Source of the DNA: Perna viridis
Lineage: Eukaryota
Direction of reading: 5' to 3'
Assembly (NCBI GenBank): GCA_037379345.1
Contig: CM074518.1
Coordinates: 24,428,001-24,492,000 of the forward strand
DNA length: 64,000 bases
Below, one piece after another: positions 54,421 through 64,000 of the stretch. The position numbers and the translations under genes were made by a program. Position 1 is the stretch's first letter, and every line of letters starts with the position of its first letter. The notes beneath the pieces were generated by a model. That model saw only the letters and a list, made by a program, of their open reading frames with translations. It made no database searches and was not told where the DNA came from.

Positions 54421-55289
54421 TGTATGGAAGTACTTGATTGCGAAGTTGAAAAATCATATGTTCTTGTCTGACATACATACACAAATTTTGTTATAAATAT
54501 TACAGTTAGAGTTCTTTTCATATTTCTTTATTTATTCATTCAAGTACCTGCTTATTCAATATTATCATAAATAATAGACGATGAAATGAATTTCACTACC
54601 ATTTTTTACATGTATTTGATATTATTCAATATCTTCATTTTCATGTACAGTTGTTTACTGGAAAGCACATCGTTTAGCCAGATCCTTTAATCTCACTTTT
54701 CGCTATATAGATAACGTAATTACTATAGACGATTTATGGTCGTCACCATGAACTGGTGGATCATTACAGTATATCCATCTGCATCACGAGAACCGATTGT
54801 TTTACGTGTCATAGTTTTCCTTTCATCTTTCGTCTACCCCAGACTTGACTTTTTATGAGCGGCTCGGCAGATGTTTATAAAAATGCAGATGACATTTACC
54901 CTACCGGTGCATCTAGTTCATGCTCCCAGTTTTAGTGGATTCATTTACTTTTGATTGTTTGTACTTATTATTTTGGTTATTTTATGATTTCCGCTAGAAT
55001 CTTGGTTCCCTTGATTACTCTTTTCTAATTTGCTCTACATGCGGAGATAGTAGATAATATATATTGTGATAATTGCTTTTTTTATACTGTTATCTCACGT
55101 AAGTGTATTTTCAACCTAAACTGAATTTTTCCAGGATTTTATTGTTTTGATAATTACATATACAAAGACATATTTTTTAAAGAAAACAAATAGGCACAAT
55201 GAAAAAAACAATGTTATATTTGATATCACAAACATAATTTGTATTAAATACCTTACAAGTAAAATTTGAAATTTCGAGAATAAAATGTT

Positions 55290-58200
55290 TTACTTCAGTT
55301 GTTTATGGTCAACTGTTCTGCTTTGATAGCAGAAAGCGTAGCCATTGTCCCTGTTCACAATTAGCAACCATTTTCGTTTTTCGCAAAAGTAAATTGCAGT
55401 TGGGTGCAGCAATCGTTTATTTATTTTTCTCGTTAAAAGCACACTATAAGAACGTCCATCTGATGATATGTGATAAAGTGAACTAGAAACAAAATCAGTC
55501 GCAAAAACATTTCCATGGGAATCGGAAGTGACTGTTGTAGGATGCTTCAAAATATTAGTAATAGTCCATATGCTATTGCCTCCTATATCGTAGCAGTAAA
55601 GCGATCCTTCGGCACGACACGTATGAACGAGTCTCCCAGCACTGAAATACACTTCATCTGAAGGTGGAACGAAATATGGAATATCAATACCAAGTCCTTT
55701 TTTAACTTTGCTTTTGATATTGTATGAATATATCCCTACATTGTCTATCGATACTAAAACAGTATCATTGTCTCTCTTAGCCAAAGTGTAACATTTCCCG
55801 TCCATTTTCTCAATTTCGATACTCACGATTTTATTGTTTGAAATACGTAGTATTCGTATTTCTTCTTTCTTTGGAAATGACACCGCAATAATCTCTTCAT
55901 CCATTACAGCCATGCTAAATGGTGTTGGTGGAAGTTCACACATACTCATTGTGTCTTGTTTGAAATTATAGAAAATTAGGGAACTGCTATCACTGTCTAA
56001 AAACAAAAATTCTTCGTCGGACCAGACTGAACAACTTGTAAAGTGAACGGTTTTCCCCGTATTGATCCTAATAGTGGCAAAATGTTCCAACACAACAATA
56101 CTATGATCAAGGAGTTTACATTCTGCAAATTTAAGACAGAAGACAAACGTCAAATACATGAAGCCAATCTCAATAGTCACCATAGTTTCTTTCGAATACT
56201 ACGACAATAATAAAGTTTTAAGAATGGGAAAATACAAATACATACAAATCCACGTACACGGCTTGAATATGAAAACACGAAACAAAGATGAGATAGTTCT
56301 TGTATAGCCAGCTTTAATATAACATTTAAAGAACCGGCTCCGGTAGGATTGTCAGAAGAGCTTATTCTTGAACTGTTCTTTGAGATTTTTAGGACTGTCC
56401 TAAAGCCAGCTGTTTTAACCGTTTCCTTGAAGAGTTAAATCTTGTGTGTTAACCACTGAGAATTGTTGAAGTTTTATCAGTTTCGATTTATGCGGTTTTT
56501 GATACGACGCAGAACATCTTCATACACTATTACTGGGGTTATGAATTGAAGCATATAAAACAACCATCAAAATAATACCTATTTTAACTAAACTGGCAAT
56601 TGATAATGGATGTAGTGATTTAATTAAGCGAAATACTTATAGTTGGCTTTAATACATACCAATGTCATCATTATGTATATCTGCAGATGATTCGAATTTG
56701 TTGTTTGACCTTTGTTTGTTTCCTGAAACATGCACCAAGATACTTAAAACCCCTAAATCGCGTTTAACATAATCAGCAATGCGGCATGTTTTGAAAATAC
56801 GCCCAATGAATTTCTTAAATTCAGCTTCTAAATGGTTAAAAACGCTTGATGGAAAATTTCCAATTATACTGAATTCCTCTAAAGTAGTTTCTATTATTTG
56901 TAATTGATAGTCTTTGTTTATTGAGGACACATTTCTACGAAGTGTTTCAAGTATCTCGTCAATATTCCACTCCATTGGCACATCTACCTCAAGGAGAAAG
57001 TCGTAAATCGCCACATCTGATGCTAAAGAAAAGAAAAACAATGTTGCAAGGAACTGTACTATTAATGTAAGTTCAATATTAGGTATATAGTGAAATTGCA
57101 CATGATGTAAAGTTGATTGCAAATAAAGTTCAAATGTAATTTTGCAAACGACTAGTTGATTTTCCTTTTTGTTTTCTTTTATTTTTTTCTTGGGTTTCTT
57201 TTGAATTGTTGTTGTTGTTGTTTTTCTATTTTGATTTGTTTTGTTTCGTTTTGAATTTTTTTTTTTTTTTTTTTTTTTGGGGGGGGGGTGGTCTTTGGTT
57301 GGTAGTTTTCATGATTGGTGAATGACAAAACGATGTTCATTTGTGCCCACAACCTTAATCTTAACATGGTAATGCAGCAGCATAAATTGGTCATTACGAT
57401 TCTTGTAATGATTCACAAAATCTAACATTAATGTCTGCAATATTCACCCTGTATGAATTATATCAAATTTGCAATAGTGTATTTATTTAACTTACATTTA
57501 TGTGCCTTCTGCATTAAAACATCCATTTTTGTTTCAATTTTACCGTTGTCATCTAATCTAAGTAGTGACGTTTTTATTCAATATGTCGGGTCATTGTCGT
57601 AGTAGGGGAATATGCTTTTTGCATTTTAGTTTAACACCAAAGGCTTAGTAAGCAGTGTAACAATTGAAAAGACAGAGTCGAGCCCTTTGAAACATTCTAC
57701 TATTGCGGTAAAATGTTGTTGGTTTCAATTAACGCAAATACAAATACAAATACTTACTGACATTTTTGGAATCAGAAAATATTTCAGTCTTAATATCTAT
57801 TCCCTCTAATGAATCTGTGAATACCACTAACAACAATGGAAACAATATATATAAGACAATATTAACTGAGGACGAGATTGTTGTTGTATTGTCTTTAATT
57901 AATTTTATTCATTTATATTTGTACAGAACATAAGATGTGAGTTCCGAACTATGTACAATGGTTACCTTAGCCTTATCTTTAAAAAAACATCCATTCGATA
58001 TTAAAATAGGGTGAATGTAAAACGAAATTAGTTCGTAAAACACGTACCAAATACGAACAAAAATGCGAGTGATTTCAGACATTCTATACTTACTTATTTC
58101 TTTTTTCTCCTTCATTGACTCAAATTCGCTTCTGTGCCCCTTCAACGCTCTCAGTTTATCGAAAAACCTTTCTTCGTAAAGTTGCTGAAATTTTGCATGT

Positions 58201-61200
58201 ATTATTCAATGCTTTTATTCGGAAACAAATATTATAACTGTTGTTTAAATCTGACACTACCTCAATTATATTTATAATATAGATTTATATTTTCATTCTT
58301 AATAAGTCTTATTCGAACTTCATTTAACCTGTAGTTTTGTTAATTGAAGCTTTTATATACAAGTCAAATTGTTGCAAACTACTGCGTTGGTTTTTTTGCC
58401 AGTATATCGCCTAGCTGTTTTCTAACATATCACGCAACTTACAATCTGTCTATGGTTTAATATAGAGGATAGCCATTGTCAACTGTTTTAAATTACTTTT
58501 CGTTTTCAATTTCATAAAAGAAGCCAATTGTTATATTTTGTTTTAAAAGCATAAACATAAAATATCAGTTGACATTTCCTGCAAAGGAAGGTTTTAGTAA
58601 GATAACTTACGTTTTTCGACAATAGAAGGTCTTGTTCACATTCCTCTAACAATTTAGTGTAGTCGTATTTTGAGTCATCGGTCTTCAAATGGCGAATTTC
58701 GTGTTCTATTTCACTCCCAAATGTTTTATCTATAAATGCTGACATTCCAATTAGATTCGTTTCTATTTTTCTCCATGTTGCATTGTAGAAATCTGAGCAC
58801 ACTTCTTTTGTTCTTACCAAAGTCAATACTTTGTCCTGGCAATCTCGAACTTGTTCTGTTCCTTTTATGATTGAAGCCTTCATCTCCTTTTCTTTCTGGT
58901 CTGAGAATTTGATTGAAGTACACACCGCCATTATACATAATGCTATTGTAAAGTTCACAGTTTTCAAGGTTACATCATCATGGACACTTATGTTGCATAT
59001 ACAATGATGATTGTTTGAATTACATTTCATCAACGGCTTTGCTTCTATGCAGTACAACAACGAATACTGATCTCTTGTTAGACTGCATCGTTCGATTAGT
59101 TCAACATGGTCAGTATTACATTGACAACATCGCTTTTTGTTGTGCCAAGCATGGAAGAGTCGATGTTTGTTTTTATTTAAAAAAGATTTAAACTCCTCAT
59201 TTTTTTGCATGACATGATATTTGATATAGGTTTGCACAACTGTCATTCCAATTCCCATAATCAGTCTCATAAGTTTGTGAAAATTTCTTTCTTCGGTTAT
59301 CATAAACTGGAAAAAAAGATCCAAAAACCGAAGTGTAAAACAAGAGAAATTCCATGCACGAAACATTGCCGGAAACTTCAAAAGACGTGAAAAAAGACTA
59401 TTCAAGTGCAAATTAAATTAACTGAAATGTTCATATAGAAAAAAGCAGTACAAACCATACTGAAAACGCAGTAAGTAGTAGAATGTATATGGAACAGGCA
59501 GGAGGAGATTCATGCATGTCCAAAACCCATCAATTCCCTTTTATTTTTAATACATTTTTTCTGCCCCTAGAATCACATATACCATCGGCAGAGTCTGATT
59601 GTATATGAATTTGCAGCTAAGTATATTATTATTTCATTTTGCTGGTGACCCTAGTCGTCTAAGGTATAATATGTGACTGAAGATTTTTTACGTACCTCGC
59701 AATATGTCCTATTGTCTTTCATCAAACAATGTATTTTGTTCTTGACGTATTCATTTCGACTTCGCCCGACTCTTTCTAAAAAATGATTCAGCTTTTTACC
59801 AACATTACCAAGCTCGCCTTGAAATTCTTCTTGATCGAAAAGTGTATGACCTAAAAATATATATATGTACAAAAATATAAAATGTTTGAAAGGAAAGTTT
59901 TAATATATCTACTCTGCAAGATTTTATCAGAGTTGGCAATTGCTTGGTTTATATATATTCTCCTTGACTTAAACCGACTGAAATGTCTATTTTAACAAGT
60001 TTCCGATTTATTTTGATTCAGATAAGACAGGTATCTCTATATACATGCAACAGTATTTAATTTCACTTTCTACATTAAATTTTAATAAACTCAAATCTCA
60101 AACAAAACCTTGACATAATTTTATTTTTTTTCTTTCTCATTTTTATTGCAAAATTATCTTTTAAAGCATCCGATTGCTGACCGTTTCTCGCAAATCTCGT
60201 TTTGCTTTAATTTATTTGTTTATTATTTTTTTAATCTAGTTTATTTTTGTTCATCTTGGTTTTTTAGCGGGGAACTTATAAAAAAACAACCAATTTATGA
60301 CATCTTCTATTGCTGTACATTTGAAATTACCCTTGTTCTTCAACATTTTGATTTCTTCCGTTGATAAATATTTGCAGTGTTCTGCTATGCGATATACATT
60401 TTCAGCCAACGATTGAAATCTTTCTTCTGTCCACATTGTGTATTCGTCATTAACCCAGTCAATCCATTCTTTGTGAACCTACAATCATTTATCAGACATA
60501 TTTAGCTATAGCGTCACCTCTTTTTTGTTTGTTTTGTTCAAATATTTGTATTCAGGAGATATATCTTCCCTCCAGAATTTTCCCCAACATGACTGTGTCA
60601 AAAATATGTGACAGTAATTTTCGATTGCAAATTTTAAGGATAACTTTTAAAAGAGCTTTTTTAAGAAGGATTTAAAAAGAAAACTTTAAATTATTAATCT
60701 TAACCATCTTAAATATACAACACTTTTACAGTCAATAATGTGCTATCTATGATACAAAATCAGCTTACTTATTATGTCCACACAGTAAATTAAATGTAGA
60801 TATTATCAAACACAATGTAATGCACAACGAAGTGTCATTAAATCATCAAAACTGTCGACTTAGAATTTGTTCATTTTCATATTTTTTTCTAAAGTATCCT
60901 TTCCATTCTCACTATCACCGATACAAAGTAATCAAGAACATTAGAACTAAAACATCTTTAAAACACATACCATTGTGATGGCCTCTTTGAATGGTTGTGG
61001 TAAAATAAAAACATTTATATCCAATAGTTCGGTAATCGAATCAAAGCTGAAGAATATATCTGATGTGTCTGATGTGTCATAACTACTTGTGTATGATGAA
61101 AAAAACAACTTCGACAATGAAACATCGTCGATTATTTTGTAATCATATTTTTCTTCGTCGTCTCCGTAGTTGATATAGTTGTCGTTAACAGCTTTATAAT

Positions 61201-61375
61201 TCAATATTTTATCAAATAACTCTGTTATATGGTTTGAATAGTTCTGCGTATGGATTTGGGTTTCCTTTACTAAACGGTCGTATTGGATACTGAATTCGCT
61301 CCTAATTAACGCAGTAACGGTACTGTTTGCTCGTTGGCACAAATATCCTACTAAAAACCATAGTCTTTCCCTCAT
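55290..61375 (-). CDS. Multi-exon protein with degenerate DZIP3-like HEPN domain(s) and a C-terminal NHL-like beta-propeller; predicted exons 61375-60971, 60478-60331, 59850-59696, 59306-58611, 58184-58094, 57814-57758, 57552-57496, 57022-56660, 56122-55290
   Basis: All eight GT-AG introns phase-compatible (0,1,0,0,1,1,1,1); NF.KL..LI, HRLFH..CCQC..CIC, W..IE..L pattern; propeller motifs HPTTVTSDSHGNVFATD and HPTAI. Confidence 0.7.
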
Positions 61376-62587
61376 ATCTTTTGTGTCTAAAATGCAATCA
61401 TATATCATAAGTATGTCGGGTAAAAAACGAAAACTTGAAATAGTGTTAGCAACTATTTCTAAACATATAAGCACTAAAAGATGATCAGAAAGGTACAATT
61501 GATCAAAAAAGTATATATATAAATCATTATAAGGAAGTATTCTTGCCACAAAATTTAATCTGTGATAAATTTTTAGTCAGGAAGTAATGACGAAATAGGT
61601 TTTTTCAAAGTGCGTCCAATTCTAAATTTAAAAACTACATGGAATCTTCTGTGTATGGCTTCGTAACAGTAGCATTTACATTTCCTTGTCGTTATTATGG
61701 TACACTTAATCATATAAACACAGCTTTCCACATTTGTTTTAAACGTTTAGCAGATAAATTCAATAAAATTAAGTATTTCAATACTTAATTTTATTGAATT
61801 TATCTGCTACCCAAGAGAGAATGAATCTCATCTGAAAAGTGAAAAATAACAATACGATAAGTTTATTGAACAATTTAAATGCTTAAGTTCGTTAAATGTT
61901 AAATGTTTTTAGGAACGTAATTTGTTGATGTCAGTGAATGTAATTAAAAAGATAATTATCAATTTTTTTATGCGTTTTAATTATAGTCAATAACTGTTAT
62001 CAAACGTAAGAATTGAAATCATTTTCGCTGATATCGGATTTAAACAATAATATGATGTAAAAAATAAACAAATGAAATCAAATCTCACTAAAGAAAATCA
62101 CCGTTCTCCACCCAAGAAAATATTCGGTCAAAAGATCAACACCGTCGTAAAACAAGAAAATGAAGTTGCGCCAGTTTGAAATCGAATTGCACAAGATGGC
62201 ATGCCGACAAACAATCTTCTGTCAAGATATTATGTGGCTGTGATAAGTAGTTGCAGAAAAAATAGTATCCCTTTTGACTGCCAAATGACAAAATACATGC
62301 TCAACTTCAATACTCATTCATTTAAAAATACAAAATCAGAAGTTAAGAATGCGTGATAGTTTCATTGAATTCCAGAAACTGTTTCAGAAAAGATATAGAT
62401 TAGAAAATAGATAAAATCCATGTTTAGCTTCAAGAAACCCCAGAAGACATCTTGATGGATGTAAAAAATACAAGTTGCACAATAGCATAAGCTCATGACG
62501 AATGTCTGCAAGTTTCGTTCATCAAATTCCATTTAGCGGTTTTGGATATGTTGCAACTGGGAAACGAACGGACGAACAGTATGATCG

Positions 62588-63590
62588 TTATGTTCCTCCT
62601 GATGTCCAAATTGGGACTATGCAAAGAAAAATATTTCATATGAATCCTGATAAAAGTTTTTTTAAGTGTTTATATTCGGCATCAATGAACTCTAAATTTA
62701 CAGTTTCAACTTTGTTTTTTGAACTTTATATGTATAATAAATCAAGATAGTCATTTTATGGTTAAAATTCAAGTTATTTGTTATTTACAGTACTTATATT
62801 TTATATAATATGCCTACTGGTAAAGTACTTGCCGTTTTTGGTTTGTGACAACGAATACTCATATTGGTCCCGTTCAGTTGTACACAAGAGCAAAGATTCT
62901 TCTAAAAAGTAAAGAAGGGAATAAACATGTTGACCATGTAAATACGGAGAGTTTTCCTCTCAATAACTTCTATATAATGCAATGTTTTGAAAACTGAATT
63001 TACTAACGATGGCCATTTTGAGCTGTCTGTTTGCATTGCATATACACGGGCAGAACTAATCGTAATATTAGAAGATGTTTAGCGTTCTATAAAACCTTGT
63101 TTAAACTACTATTTCCATCCGAAATGCATGCACCAAGTCATAATCATTGTGTTTTTTTTTAAATTTCCGGTCATTGTCTTGTCAGACACTTTGTCTACCA
63201 GTTCAGTTTGTCATCACCCTTTATGTATCACGTGTTGTCACCTTTGTTCTTTTTATTGTTGTTGTTGTTGTAGTTTTTACAATAACTACTGTTGCTGTTT
63301 GTTATGTATATAGTTATATATAATGACGAGGATGAAGACGATAAATAGGAGGAGAAGCATGGGCATGTGACTTAGATCGTCATACTGTTTTTTCTATTCA
63401 TAGTGCTATATATTTGTGTCACAGGTCCATTTTAAGAATACTGATAAGTTTGAATAAAACTTGCCGTTTTCTTTTTTGACTTTACTTTTATTCTTCCAGT
63501 AGTTCTTCCGACAGTGTAATGCAACAACAGCGAGCAGACTAACGATCACTGTTAAAATTACAACTAACCCAACTGCTATAGGGACAGAAA
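62588..63590 (-). CDS. 3' end of a single-pass membrane protein (exons 63590-63465, 62901-62833, 62616-62588); gene continues beyond the window
   Basis: Phase-1 exons; TM VPIAVGLVVILTVIVSLLAVVAL followed by basic RKNYWKNKSK; not in ORF track. Confidence 0.55.
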
Positions 63591-64000
63591 CTGTGAGAAA
63601 TAATAAATAAGGATAAAAAACAACAAAACGCGGTCATGGTTTTGTTCTTGAATTACTGCATGCTTAAGCATTTCCATTGACCCTTTGAGTCTTAGATATT
63701 TGTTTAAGACCTTAATACGGCATAAGTATAAAATTTCAAAAACAACATTAAGATTAATGGTACTTTAAGTATATTTTGTTTTGGAGCCAGCTAAAATCTG
63801 CCCTGTGGTATGAGGGTTTCATCGTCGTTCATTGAAGACCAATGGGTGGCCTGACATTTTTATCCCGGTGGAGTTGTTATCTCTTTGATCTATTCTTGTT
63901 ATATTGTACTGATTTAATCAAGTACACTCTATACATACCAGATTATCAAACCAATAAATTGAGGCAATACAGTCGCCTGATAAAATATTATATACATGTA

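Noticed and set aside
56330-56540. Additional exon of the HEPN-like/propeller gene
   Set aside because: Stops in the frames tested; flanking exons already join in phase

Overview
AT-rich eukaryotic (animal) DNA; the repeat types and frequent TACATGTA motif suggest a bivalve mollusc, which is inference only. The main feature is a minus-strand BTB/POZ gene with three constant coding exons (23223-23098, 22447-21201, 20121-19808) ending in one phase-1 splice donor. Downstream (13067 down to 573) lies a tandem array of at least 8 intact plus 1 decayed short exons. Each intact exon has its own phase-1 acceptor, one divergent pipsqueak-type (psq) HTH domain and its own stop; two of them are absent from the ORF track. 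This resembles a lola/mod(mdg4)-like 'one BTB, many DNA-binding domains' locus built from psq modules, and it may continue past the left edge. The window also holds an inverted repeat at the likely promoter, a nearly intronless SLC26 transporter, an Ig-like single-pass receptor with tyrosine motifs, a 9-exon minus-strand gene with degenerate HEPN-like domain(s) and a beta-propeller, the 3' end of a membrane-protein gene with two GC-AG introns, and many LINE/Penelope/SINE/MITE remnants. Splice sites and coordinates were read by hand and are predictions.
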